A stretch of DNA of 64,000 nt from Podarcis filfolensis (lineage: Eukaryota): assembly GCA_964270895.1 (NCBI GenBank), contig OZ185439.1; one strand, given 5' to 3'. Each line of letters starts with the position of its first letter. The first letter of the stretch is position 1. Both the position numbers and the translations under genes were made by a program. Of this stretch, positions 1 through 12,997 are shown one piece after another. The notes under the pieces are model-generated. The model saw only the letters and a program-made list of their open reading frames with translations, made no database searches and was not told where the DNA came from.

Positions 1-34
1 TACATTTGGGTCCTGCTTGTTTTGGGCTACCCAC

Positions 35-112
35 AGACATCTGATTGGCCACTGTGAGAACAGAATGCTTGACTAGATGGACCTTTGATCTGATTCAATA
101 GGGCTCTCCTCC
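35..112 (+). mobile_element. CR1 LINE 3' end fragment
   Basis: gacatctgattggccactgtgagaacagaatgcttgactagatggacc... resembles the squamate CR1 3' terminus as recalled. Confidence 0.7.
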
Positions 113-118
113 CTGCCT

Positions 119-885
119 ACCACAGAAATCAAGCAGGCTGCCAGAAGATGAGTAGAGGACTCTGGTAGCCCACTGCATTTCTATGCTGGGTATGGAAGAA
201 GGCACTTTGGCCTCCTCCATGTGCAGCATAGAAACTATGTGGGGTGCCAGAGGATGGATGCAGAGCTTTGTCCTTCTTCTAACAGCTCATTACATCGCCA
301 TATAAACATGCAGGAGATGAGGTTCCTTCCTATGTGCACAGATACTAAGCATGCTGGTGCCAGAGGGAAGGAGCACTCCTTTCCTCTGCTGCCTCCATTG
401 TTGCTAGGCAAACACCATGCATATCTAGCACATAAGTGCATCAGGTTGGTAGTGAATGAACAGAGGGATCAATTTCTCCATTGCCAGGTGGAGAAATTGG
501 ATGTGGAGAAAGCAGCTGCCTCTTCCATGCATCCAGCACAGAAATGGTGTGGTAACTGGTTGGGTTTCTATACTTGGTGAGCATGACAGCTCATCTGGTG
601 TGCAAACATGGTGAGTGATGGTAAGGGGGCAGAACAACCCATATACCTTTCTTGCTGGCCTGCTGAACTTCTGTACTAGACAAAGCCCTTTGCTGCATGG
701 CCAGCATAGAAATCAAGTGGGTTGATATCAGAGGCATGGATCACTCCATCTTTCCACCACCAGCCTGCTATGTGTCCTTTCTGGATATGCAGGACACAAA
801 AGTTGCACCAGTCTTGCTTTTAACCACTCCCCTAAACATGCAGGGTGCGCAGCACAGGAACCATGTGGTCTGGCAGAAGAAGCAC
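119..885. repeat. Degenerate internally repeated unit (about 5 copies of a CAGCAYAGAAAY..GTGG..CCAGARGA-like motif), probably an old transposon
   Basis: Related motif starts at 119, 223, 533, 701 and 849; inverted copy ttctatgctgg at about 179. Confidence 0.4.
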
Positions 886-2825
886 AGATCACTCTGTGCC
901 CCTTTGACAGTGTTTGTCGCCTGTAAAATATTTTACTTGCCTGCATTTTACTCACAAGAGGGTCTGGAAAAGGAAAAACACTGTGCTCTGTTCCTCCTCC
1001 ACAAGCTTTGACTAAAAAGTATGTGAGTAAAGTTTTTGCTGGCTAGTAACTTTCTGAGACTATTTTACATGGTTGGTTTAAGCCCTAGTGTCTTCTGGAG
1101 ATACCAAAAGAATCTGATGCAAGTGTTCAGAAAAAATCCCCAATAATACCAAAGATGTACCACTTAAGGTTTCAGGTAGAGATTGTTTGAATTCTGTACT
1201 ACTAATCCCTGCGCACAAACATATTTTTGACATTCCAAATATAGGGGGCTTAAATACAGAATATGAATGTCTTTTTTGGTGTTTTTGAACTAGTATTGCA
1301 TAACTTTAAGTCAGAACTATTTTTAATCTTGTTGGGCGTATATCTGAATATTTTATCCTGTTCTATCTTTCAGTTTATTTTGGATTTTGTAAATAAATTG
1401 ACAACTGGTTTTCTTTACATTGTTATTTTTGCAGCTTATAAAAATGTTTTAGATCACATCTGTCTCTGTTGCTCTCTCTCTCTGCCTCTCTTTTAGAAGA
1501 AAAAAAGACTTGTTTTTCTTGCTCTCCATGCTTCTCCCATGTAGAGAGCCCCTAGATTTTGCCTCTGATTCTTTCATAAATCCCCCAGTGAAGGTGGAAT
1601 CTATGTTACAATAGAGGTGGTTGTAAGGGCAGCTGACAGATGAAATGTTACAGTGGCACGTATTGTATCCTAAGCAGGGTTGTATATAGACCTCATGATG
1701 GGCTGGCTTAGGTATTTACTTAGAAGCATTTCTAGAGGGCAACCTCATTGGGCTAAAAAAGCGTGCCTGAACAAGGAGCCTGTTGTTTGTGCTTGGCTCC
1801 TCTCACTCACTGGGAGAAAAAAACACACACAAATGCCTGGCAGTCAGAAAGCTATTCAGTAGGCAGAGAGGTGTCTAGGAGGCCTCGGTCACTCATCAGA
1901 TGCTGTAAAAGCCCTCACCCTGTTGTAATTCCTGGATAAAAGCAGCGCCAGATCAGCTGTCTCTTTTTTGCGGTGGAAACGCTAGAAAAGAGCTCTAAGT
2001 GGAGTTAGGTGGTTTAGAAGCTAGATATGAAAATCATCTGTCTCCCCAGAAATAACAAAAGGAAAAGGGGAGAAAAAGACAAGTAGTTTGAACTGGGATC
2101 TTGCCTCAGAAATCAAGCTATCATAATACAGCTGGTGCAAGTTGCTTGACTGCTGCTTAGATGTTGTTAATTCTGAATTGTAAACCAAGGTTAACTGTGT
2201 TCACTTGCTGAGAGGAGGCTGCAGAGTAACAGCCCAGGGTGCGGCGTGGGGTCTCAGGAACACTGGGCACATTAAGAAAGAAGGGGATAAGTTGGCTGTT
2301 TGGGTGTGCTACTGGATGCAGTGCTATTTCCTGATTTGCTGGCTTCTCTTGCACATGGTGTGCACCAAACTCATCAGTGTGTGCTTCCTCTGTCCACATT
2401 GCTCCTATGGTTCAGATTTGAATTTCCCACTCTGATGCTGCTGGCCTCAAGGAAGGCTTACCTTTCAGCCATGGGGATCCCAAAGGAAAATAAACCAGGA
2501 CAGGGAAAATTTGGGGTCGATTTTCTATGCTGGAGTACCCAACATGGTGCCTGTGAGCCCCCTTCCCCAATTTTTAATGATTTTTTGTTTGTTGTGGTGA
2601 GGTGTTGCCCACATTTTCCTTTATTTCATTTGTTTTGGGGTATGTTGTATCCTACATCATCCATGTTCTTTCTGCCCTTGGTCCAAAGCAGAACTACCGT
2701 ACCTCTTTCTATAAGTTTGCATTGTTCTTTCCATTTCTGGAAAGCCTTTTCCAGAGGACCCTTTCAGGTGCCCTGATGACCACACCTCTTTGTCTTTCTG
2801 CTTCTCAGATGAATGTAGTTACTAG

Positions 2826-2944
2826 AGGTTGTCTTCCACTAACTTTTACTCATAGTAGACCCATTGAAATTAATGGACATGCCTAAGTTAGGGCCATCAA
2901 TTCGAATGTGGTTACTCTGAGTAGAATTTAGGAGAATACCACCC
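2826..2944. mobile_element. Short palindromic squamate MITE-like repeat (gtagacccattgaaattaatgg family)
   Basis: ttactcatagtagacccattgaaat ... ttcgaatgtggttactctgagtag forms an imperfect inverted repeat; a related copy lies at 53122-53205. Confidence 0.55.
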
Positions 2945-5900
2945 CTAGGGTTCTCCCCCCGCTCTTAATGGTGTGCTTTATGTTATTTTATATTATTTTT
3001 AATAAGTTTTGCTAGTTTTGCTTTGGAGATTTCTAATCATGGATAACCGTGGTTTTGCTTGTAAACCTCTTAACAAATGAGTAAATACATTACATTAAAC
3101 AAAATGCGCACATAATGGTATCCGTATGCTGCAGACAAGACAAGATTCTGACTACTTGTCACTATGATTGCTTTCAAATTTCACAGCTTTTTCTTTTTTT
3201 GGTGGGGGAGGGAGCACGGAAGCCATTGCAGAATTTGGCAACTATGACTTACTTTTGTGCATCACGATCCTAAGCATGTTTAATCAGAAGCAAGCACTGT
3301 TGATCTCAGTGTTATTTATTCCTTTGTAAGTGTGTTTAGGATTTCAGCCTTAATGTAGCAGTTAGGCACATGGCAGATTTTAACGGTAATATTTGTATGT
3401 GTAAAATGTCACACTCTATAGCCAAAACATCTGATACCCACTCAAGTGTCAGGAAACAGTCGCTAAAAGTACCAGTGGAAATCTTTGGAATTACTCCATG
3501 ACAACTCCTGTGAATGACAGTCTCAGGCAGCCTCTGTAGCTGACATGGAAATGTGATGCAAGTTTGTGAATAGGACCTCCTATCCCAGCTCTGGAACATA
3601 ATCTCTTTTACCTTAACAGTAAGCACTTCCATGACCTGCTGACATTATCCAGTATAATGCATCTTCTGAGACCGAAATTATAATCACATCTACACAAGCC
3701 ATTAATTCAACATTATTTCTAGTTACCTTGACAATTTTGGATATAATCCACAGATTTATGGACACCACTGAATAATAATGACCATCGAATGATGTGCATA
3801 GTTTGTGCATCTTTGACATATAATTGCTGCTTGAAATTGATCCAGCCAATATGAGCCAGTGAAGGCCAAACCTTCAGGATTCAGAACGGATCAACAGTGC
3901 TAAGGTATTGGGATCAGGCTGCTGGATCATACATTACTCTGCCCTCCCCTATTTATATTGCAGCACTATGTATAAAGGTGGCACTACACAGGGACAAAGT
4001 GGTCTCTGCCTTCAATACAGAACTGCCATGGTATAGCTGCCCTTGCACCTCTGCTATGTAGCCGTGAAGAATTAAACACCGTAGAATATGCAAAGAGAAC
4101 AAAGGGTAGGCAGACTTCAACAGCATCCTGACCAGAAGAAAGCTGAGCTGCCCATTTCACCAGCAGTTTTCTCTATAATAGCTCCTTAGGATGTCCTATG
4201 AATATTAGCATGCCCCTTACCTATTGGTATCTTGTAACCCTAATGAAACTTTTATTTATGGTGCATGAGTACACTTGGAATGCATGGCTACAATTTCAAC
4301 AGTGAGCTTGCCTTTATCACAGCATACGAAAGAGATTTTTGGGGCGACAGAGCCTATTGCTCTCCACTGTTCCTGCCAATTGTGTTGGTTGCTGTCAGGG
4401 TGAATTAAGTCAGTTGGCAGCACCTATCGATGGCTGTGCAAGTCCAGGGAATGAGTGACGTGGTGGGTGAACATAATACAAACATTGCAGAAGCTTTCAG
4501 TTTGTGTTGAGTGTATAAAGAGATTTTCTTTCTTATGTTCACTCCAAACAAACATAACACTGTTATCCAAATTGGCTTCTGCCAATTGATTTAGCCCATG
4601 ATAATGGCCTGAGTTGTCTCCTGAAAACATATGCAGGAGTTATTTAAAACAAATAAACATTGTTTATGCTGTGTTTATAAGACATGCTGTAAATTATTCT
4701 GTAAAGTTCTGATTAAGTTGCTTTGTGTGTGTGTGTGTTTCTTTGTTTACTGGAGCCCTAAGGTTTTCTTGCTGTTCTATTTAAAAAGATACCAAGTAGA
4801 TATTGTTTGAAAACCCCCACTAGCAATATTTTAGAATGTAAGTCATTCTCTGTAACTCCAGTGGTTTTCACATCTATAGCTACTCCTAGGGTTCATGCCG
4901 TATATTCTTTCGGTGTAATGTAAATGTGTGACATAGAAGGTTGGGCCCAAAGGTTCTTTTTCTCTGATGGATGGAGTCCATCTATTGGAGAAAGACCCTT
5001 TCCATTTTTGGAAGGAAACCTTTGGATTCAGCCCAGAGCTCCTGGCATATTGATAATCGAAAGTACTGCAGAACTGCCAACTGTTCACTGATCTGCATGC
5101 CTTTTGCTTGCCTAAATGGTACTCTTGAATATTGTGTTGGAAGAGATTTGAAGTTTAGCAGGCCTCACTCATGTTTTAGGCAGAAGTCTTCATGCACCCC
5201 TTCTCTCATTTTGTTCACTTGTTAGAAAAGGGCTCTGTGGTCATATTGATTCCGCATTGAGTTTATGTTTAATTCTAAACATGAAGTTTATGTTTTCTTC
5301 CAAATACTTGATTTTCATTCAACCTTTTAAGCAGCTGTACCCGACCAGTACAGTAGGAGGAGAAAGACATGTGTGTAGAACAGCCATTTGCCTGTCTGGA
5401 AATGTTTGGGTATGTCCAAGCTAGTAGCGCCCTAGGGAAATTGTGAAATGCTACCTTGGGTCATTAATTGAGGTTCCAAGATAAGATGTTCATTAGTGTC
5501 CTTTTCCTGGACTCGTCCAATCCAGATCCTTGTGTTCTTGTGATGTGGTCTCATCAGCTACAACTGTATCTGTCTGTAGCGATAATAAAGCAATACACTT
5601 TAGTTAGGAAATCACATTTTCTTCCTCTTTGCCTCTAATTTGCTTACCCTTCCAATAAGCCTTAGTGAGAAGGGAAGCTTCTGCCTTCCTTCTCTGGTAC
5701 CAGTTGGCACAAGTATTGCCCAGAAGATACGATGTGAAAATTGCCAGTGATTGCAGTGGCAGGCAGCCTAGGCCAAGGTGGTTTGGCAGGGTTATACATC
5801 CAGTTGAGCTGGAAACCACTGGGCAGTAGTATGTGAATCTGATGGTGGTCCCTTTTTCTTTTAGCAAGCAAGCAGCTCCATTTGGGGGATTGTAGCACCA

Positions 5901-6502
5901 ACTTCTTGATGCTGAATTTGTTTACTACTCTGTTAGTAGAGTAAAGAAAGCCAGCTGGTTTCAGCTGTCACTACATGCTAATTAATAGGTATGGACAGGC
6001 TATGCTGAGCTGCTGGCATATCATCTCTGGGAGCTTGCCTTTTTAGTGGTAGACCTCAAATAAAAAGTAATATGGGAAACCTTATAATGGCAGGGTTCAA
6101 GTTTGCATACTGCTTACATGACCTACTCTGTAAATGCGTACGCAGCAATATTCAGTTCTCTCTGTTCTCTACATTCCCTCTTTTTCCCGAACTGCTCTGC
6201 ATTACGGGAGTAGTTTATGTCTTTGAAAAGATACCAAGATTTGGTATATTTCCCTGAACCACTGTATGGTGTTTTGTGGTTTCAAAGGCTTTAAAAAAAG
6301 AAAGAAAAATGAAGCCCACTCACGTTTGGTCAAAAATGTTTAATACCATTTCCACTTCCATTTTTCATCATTTTGAGTCATGCTAAGTTGCTGACCTGAA
6401 ATCTCAACACGCAGAGCCAAAGTGAGGGGGAAAGTGGGTTTAGGACCAGCTTTGACCTTCAGATATTTTACACTACCAATCAAGTGCTTCCTGGTGCCAA
6501 TA

Positions 6503-6550
6503 CGAGTTGTGGTCTAAAACACCTGGAGGGCAACAGATTGGGTAAGGCTG
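6503..6550. mobile_element. Half copy of the hAT-type gggagttgtagtcc MITE
   Basis: gagttgtggtctaaaacacctggagggcaacagattgggtaaggctg matches the right arm of complete copies at 48841 and 62142. Confidence 0.55.
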
Positions 6551-9500
6551 GTTTAGTGCACCATATTGGCTTTGAAACCAACTTTTAATGTCCCACCCCT
6601 GTTTCTGATTTCACACAGTCTTGCTCCTTCCCCACCATGTTCTTCCTCCTTTTCCTTTTTCCAGATTCCTCATCACTGAAAGAGTGATGACCGGAGAGGT
6701 CATTTCTTGTGACCTTGCAGCTAGAGATGGCTAGAGCTCTGCAAAATAAAAGTTCTGTCTTGACACTCATCTTAAACAGGAATGATAGCTCTCATAGCTG
6801 GGCTCTTCAGCTTTGCTGATTGGTTGGCAATCTCAGCTATCAGAAATCTATGGAGGTCTCTGTGCATAGCTGCAACTGAAACTTTTATCACCACCACTGC
6901 AGGAGAAAGACTTTCATTTGGCTGTGCCGGTCCAACAAAGTATTTTATTTATGTGCTTCCAAGCCCTTAAAAATTCTTTTAGGGTACATCAGTAGGGAGT
7001 TAATAGAAACTTTGAAACAGGAAAAATGCCTGTGGGTTAAGCAGAAAACCCAGTTGACTGAGCTGAACAAAAATCTTGTACTGTTTTTGATAGGTCATTT
7101 GCCAAAGGGGGAGCTGAATGGATTGGTTTCCAGTCTTCCAATAGTATCTGCAATTTATTTTGCTCTGTGGAAAGGAGTTATCGGCTCCTTTTGGGGGCTA
7201 AGTAGAAATATCATTCAGTGATGCGATATTAAAGAAGCCGCAGATAATTTTAATCATTAATTTAATCATTAATCAATACTGTTGGATGTAAGCAACTGTT
7301 TCTATGAAGCTGTTGATTTGAGAGACAGAGAGAGAGACAGACAGAATGTGTAATATACTGTATATTCCATTTCAAAGATTAATTTAGCTCAGTGTTTGGA
7401 AGATTATATACTGAAAAAGCCTGTGTCTCTGCCCTGACTTCACTATACCAACAACAGAGATGAAATAGAGAGATTCTTAATCTTTCCCAAACACTCTTCA
7501 AGAGAAGCAATTTAAAAAAATGTTACTTTCTTAAGAGACTAAAATGTCTTAAGCACAAACGTGCTGCTCTACCTCGTTTGTGCTAAATGGGATTATAGGA
7601 TTTAATTCTGTGAGAAATTTTACATGTTGATGGAGGCAACTTTTCACATCTCTTTTAGGTGGGAAAAGGGGATGGAATGTGATATCCTCATTAAATTCAC
7701 ATCAGATCTTTTGTTCTCCTAACCTGGATTTTTCTTGTGCTTTTGAAGGAATGAGGGGTAGTGGGTCAGGTGTATAAATCCCTAAGACTGGGCTTTAGGA
7801 GAGAAGTGTATATTTTCAATTTGTGATCCATAGCTACACAACAAGTATTGTTGCTGGAAATACCTGCTGGCACTTGAGAAGTTTATTCTCATCGTGATGC
7901 TATAAAAGTTGCTCTTGCATTGATAACACCCTCTATCATATAATCTGTATGTAAAATTAAATGTGCTATAAGTGTATGCCAAATTCTTTCTTCCTTTCTT
8001 TCTGCTTATAAAGTTTGCTGTCAAACTTTGTTCACCATGGATATTTGTTTATTGGCGGCAGGGAATGGAAATTGAATGCAATTGTAGGGCAGTTAGGAGC
8101 CCAGACAAAATGTTGGTGGCAGTGACACAAATTAGAAAGGACTTTGATACAGGGTTTTATATTTTTAGAAATACTTCTTTCCTTTCTCTCTCTTAAAGAA
8201 ATGTAAGACTGTACATGGTAGTTTACTACTAGGCAAAGCTTGAATAAGATGTTCGTCTATTTTTGTTCTCAATTATTCCCTTTTGCTATTTTTGTCTTGA
8301 TAAAATTGACATTGTTGGTGAGGTGTTAATTTCCTCCCCCACAATCTTCATATAATCCCTGAATAGAAGCTTATTACTGGCAGAGATTTATTCTGGGTAA
8401 ACATAATTTGCCTCTTCCTGTATTATTTTAGGAATGGAATGCAGTACAGGATTTTAATTCAGTTTTCTGCCAACTTTATTTTGGATTCTTCTGAGTCTGT
8501 GGGGCCATTATCAGCCCCAGAACCCCAGTATAGCAAAGGGTTTTTTTGTTTTCCCCCCATATTTGTAAGTAGGCTCCTATATGTGTATCACTTGTTGGAT
8601 TAGGCATAAATCAGATGTGCCTGCTGATTGAGTCTGGTTTAGGACATATCGACTTTACTGCACTGTTCATGGGTTGTGAACAGCTAAGTGTTTACCCATG
8701 TTATAGGTTGTACCATGCAGGATGTGAAACCACAGGAGGGGAAGTACATGTAACCTCTGCATGGCAGGGGCTGAAATAGCAGCTGTAGTTTCTTCCCTTC
8801 CCTGACATGTGTCAACTGCCATCATTACCCCATTCTCCCACCTCCAATTCAGAGTAGGAGAAGTGCCCTTACTCTCAATTGACTTCATCTGCCCACGGTG
8901 CAGTCACATGATGCTACGTATAATGATTTTTAAAAACCCCTGGAAATATGGCTGGGGTGCAGGGACTCTTATTTCATTGAGATGCTCACAGTCTCAGGGT
9001 TATGTGATAATTATACCACGATAGGGTCTCATAGTAATTGATATTGCATGCACATATACTGCCAGCTGACGCATTAATAATGTTAAATACATCTGAAAAA
9101 GGGAATAAAGAGAGAGAATAATTTAAAGAGGAACCAACAGTGAGTCTCCTAAAAGCACCTAGAGTACTGATTTTATTTGAAACACCTTTTTAAAAAGGTA
9201 CGGTGGGAAAAACTAACGTGATTATCTTGAGAGACTGAGTTCCACACTGTGAGGTCCTGTTTGCTCACTGACTTAGGGCAAAATCCCAGGACAGCCGGTA
9301 GTTTCTGAATATCTGCTCTTCCCACTGTTGTTCAAAGGCAGGACATATTTTGGTTTTGGTTTTCTAAATGAACTTTTCAAAGAATAATCTGAGAAAAAGA
9401 AGACAGGTTGATGACTCTGAGGAAGTTCTTCTTTTTGTCGTGAGAACCTTGTGTCTTACTGTTGAATAAGCAGAAGCTACTTCCTCAACAATGGACAATC

Positions 9501-10924
9501 GTTTTTTTTAGGAAGGCAGTACTAATCAGACTCAGTTCATTGTTTTTCACTGATTCAGATATGTGGAATTTTCATCGCCTAAGAGCTAAATTATTTGATG
9601 GTTATGTTTCTTCTAGGGCCCAACTGAGGCCCATAGAACAGAACCACAGAACTCTCATCCTAACACCAGTGCCACTACAGCTTATTTGGACAGGACTAGG
9701 TCAAGGATTTGTTCTGCCAGTGTGCCCATGTCGCCCCAGCCTCCCCCTGCTTTGCCCCATTCCAGTAAACTGCACCAGTGCCAGTATCAAGAGGGTGGTT
9801 TTACAGCTCTGCCCCACCACGTAGACCACTAGAACCCTTGGCTTATGCTTGGTGGAAATGTTTTGCAAATTCTATGTGCAGCTGAATGGGCAAGCTGGTT
9901 TTAAATAAATCCCGCTTGCCAGTTGATTGGCTGCAGTAAAAGCTTTCAGTATATTTCTGGCTGTGTATGCTTGTCCCTCATGAAGAATGCATGTTCCTGT
10001 CTAGAAACACTGCAAACAAATATACAATATTATTTATTTAAAAATTGTATTAAAAATTCCTAATCCACCTGCTCATACATAAGCGTGAGTCAACTGAGAG
10101 ACACAAACCAACTTTTTCTTCGTTTTACAAATCCTCCTCACTTCATAACATTAAAAGTATATTTGCTTCCCCCTGGTGAGTCGCAGTTTACAAACTTGGT
10201 GTGCAGGAATGTGAAACTTTCCATATTCAAAATTAGAAACGCCTTCACTTCCAATATAACATCAAGGATTGTCAGAAATCCCATTCCTTCTGTGGTGTAG
10301 GTCATGCTAACCTTACTATCCAAGATTACCTGTATGGGTTTTAGGCTCTGAATTGATTTAGCTTACTCAAACTTTCTCAGGTGGTTGGTATATTTTAGTG
10401 CAGTTGTAATTTAAAGAAAGTACATTGTTGCAAAGGTATTGCACATAAGTACAACAAGCTTTGCCCAACGGATATGAGCTAAATTACATGGCCATTCCTA
10501 GTCAAAGTCTTGTTCACATATGCCCTCTCCAAAATATTAGGCATAGTTGCATCTGTGCACTGCATACAGAGTGTGCTTTAATTAAGCAGAAGATGTCGAT
10601 GGAACCCATTTGGTTTTTGTGTTTGAGCTTTGCCAAAATGTCACTGCCTTTTCAATGGTATAAGCTGACACCTACCCAATAGCAAGCTATAGAGTAATTG
10701 GAGTGAACTATACTACGACTTATTACTACCAAAGTCTCAACAGATTTTTGCTCTTATTTCCTGGGGATGGGTCTAGCTTCCAGTAGCTGCTCGGTGCTCA
10801 CTATGTTTTTGTTCACTATATTTTTGTTACCTTGCTTTACTTGTGTCCTCCTGTCCCAGACCTTCTGCTCCCTATAATATATTTGAAATGATTTTCTATA
10901 TGTCCCATCAATGGCTGAAGCATG

Positions 10925-10995
10925 TGTGGTCAGGATAAGAGAGAGAGGGCCTTCTCCGTTGTTGCACCCTGATTGTGGAATATCTCCCCCTATGT
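10925..10995 (+). mobile_element. Small L2 LINE 3' remnant
   Basis: agggccttctccgttgttgcaccctgattgtggaat resembles the conserved L2 3' motif. Confidence 0.45.
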
Positions 10996-11681
10996 AACCT
11001 GTCACTTTTTCCAAAAAACCAACTGGTTAAAATTTCCCAGTTCTGGCAAGCATTTGTCTCACTTAGCTGATGATGATGGTGATGACCCACACATTAGAAA
11101 TGTTTTTCAGTGCTTCCATTTTTATGTTGTTGCTTTTATTTCTTTTATGGACTTGTTTTGTTTTAAATTGTTGCAAGGGATGCAAATGTATTGGAAGGGC
11201 AAGGTATAACATTTTAAAACACACACACAAAATTGAATTCTGTTAGTTGGAAAGATTCTTCAGGAAACTTTGGATAGAAGACTCTATAAAACTGTCCGAG
11301 CTGCAGCGTATCTAGATTTTGAGCTCTTTAAAATGGGGAGGTAAGCTGTGTTTTGGTTTCTCTACCCCTGGCACACTGAAATCCTGATTTAAATTGTGTC
11401 CTCTCAGTGGTGAAGGAATAAATAATTTAATGCTGTGAGGTGAAGCAGTACATGAAAATTGTAAGTGGATAAGTTGTCAAATTGAACACACAATTAGAAA
11501 TGCAGTTGATGTCAGAACTTCTTCTTTTTTAAAAAAAACCCGCTCTGTTCTGTGTGGATTTTTAAAAAAATAAATAGGAGCTTTATTCTGTCAAATCCTC
11601 ACATTGGTGCCCTGCTTGGACACTTTTCCTTTGCTGGTTTTTCTTTCTTTCCTTCCCCCCACCTCTCTTCCCCCTCCCTTG

Positions 11682-11685
<4 letters not shown>

Positions 11686-11713
<28 letters not shown>
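11686..11713. repeat. (CT)n microsatellite
   Basis: Directly visible. Confidence 0.95.
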
Positions 11714-11718
<5 letters not shown>

Positions 11719-12620
11719 GGCCAGGATTTTAACATATATCACAGGCTGGTAGGCTAAGAGCCTGGGACTTCCCCTCACCACACTTGGAGCCTTTGATCTT
11801 TTGCTTTGGAGGTAACATCAAAAGGATGGCTGAGAAAGACAGCCAGGCTGTGAAGTTCAACATTCAAGTTAATAGCTTGACTGAAGGTTGTGCTGCATTG
11901 CTGGAGCTGGAGTAAACATGGGCAATTCAGCAACATTTCCCTGGAAACTGACCCAAATGTTGTGTATTAAAAAAAAAAGGAGAGAGCTTAATTTGCATTA
12001 GGATGAATGACAGCTTTTTCCCTCTTTTTTTTAAATGAAACTTCTACAGTCATGAGCACTATGCAATAAAGAACTCAAATGATTCATGTGGTATTGCAGG
12101 CATGGCATTTAGTGATCATAGCAACCTGCCTTGTCTAGATACTGCGCTTCACAACCAGGCCCTCCTATTTACATGGATTGGTTGTCAGTTTTGATATTTT
12201 CCCTGCCTCATCAATATGATCACAGTAGTGGAAAGTAGTCAGATGCAGAATGTACAAGCCAAAAGACTTTCTGCGTGAATCCAGGCTGCATCTTGACCAA
12301 ACACTATAAAATAATATGCACAGGATCTAGCCTCACTTTCAGAATTCTAAAAATTCCCTTCATTTTTTATTTTATTTTTAAAAGTGTGTTTCTAGACCTC
12401 ATGTATATGAACAAGGGGGACAAAGAAGGGAAAATATTGGAGGATGTGACTGAGAAGCCAATAGGAGAATCTCCAAGGGGATTCCAATGTTAGGCAGTCT
12501 TCCTGCCTTCTGCTTTTATACTGCTGCCAAGTATCTCATTGTCTTTCCTCTTTAAGTGACATAATGCCATTGGGATAGACAATGGGTGGGTTTTTTTGGT
12601 AGACCAAATACAGAAACATG

Positions 12621-12745
12621 GAAGCGTTTGTAGCTCAGTGCTAAAGCACATAATTTGTATTTAGAAGGTCCCAGAAAAATGGATCAGGCAGCATGTGATG
12701 TGAAAGGCCTCTTCCAATCCAAGTAGACAACAGTGGACTAGAAGC
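12621..12745 (+). mobile_element. Degraded tRNA-derived SINE
   Basis: tagctcagtgctaaagcac...agaaggtcccag head (A/B-box-like) followed by gtagacaacagtggactaga; same family as 38262-38451. Confidence 0.6.
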
Positions 12746-12842
12746 CCAAATCTAACCTGCAACAAAGCCACCTTTTATGCATCTTTATAGAATGCACACT
12801 GTTAATCATCTGTTTCAATAAAGAATAAGATTTTGGGAATTT

Positions 12843-12997
12843 GCCCAGTGTGGTGTAGTGGTTAAGAGTGGTGAACTTGTAATCTGGTGAACCGGGTTCG
12901 ATACCCCACTCCTCCACATGCAGCTGCTGGGTGACCTTGGGCCAGTCACACTTCTCTGAAGTGGGATATCAAATCCAAACTCAAATCCAAACTCTTC
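12843..12997 (+). mobile_element. tRNA-derived lacertid SINE, internally deleted
   Basis: tRNA-like head gtggtgtagtggttaagag...ggttcgat; body jumps from ctctgaagt to the terminal gggatatcaaatccaaactc, with a 12-bp tandem duplication. Confidence 0.75.

Noticed and set aside
11826-11915. 29-codon ORF MAEKDSQAVKF... with good Kozak context, followed by an MGNS ORF
   Set aside because: No homology or splice link to TCF7L2; indistinguishable from chance.
12843-12915. tRNA-like sequences (also 17751, 38400-38451, 51839)
   Set aside because: They are SINE heads continuing into SINE bodies; no complete cloverleaf or acceptor stem.
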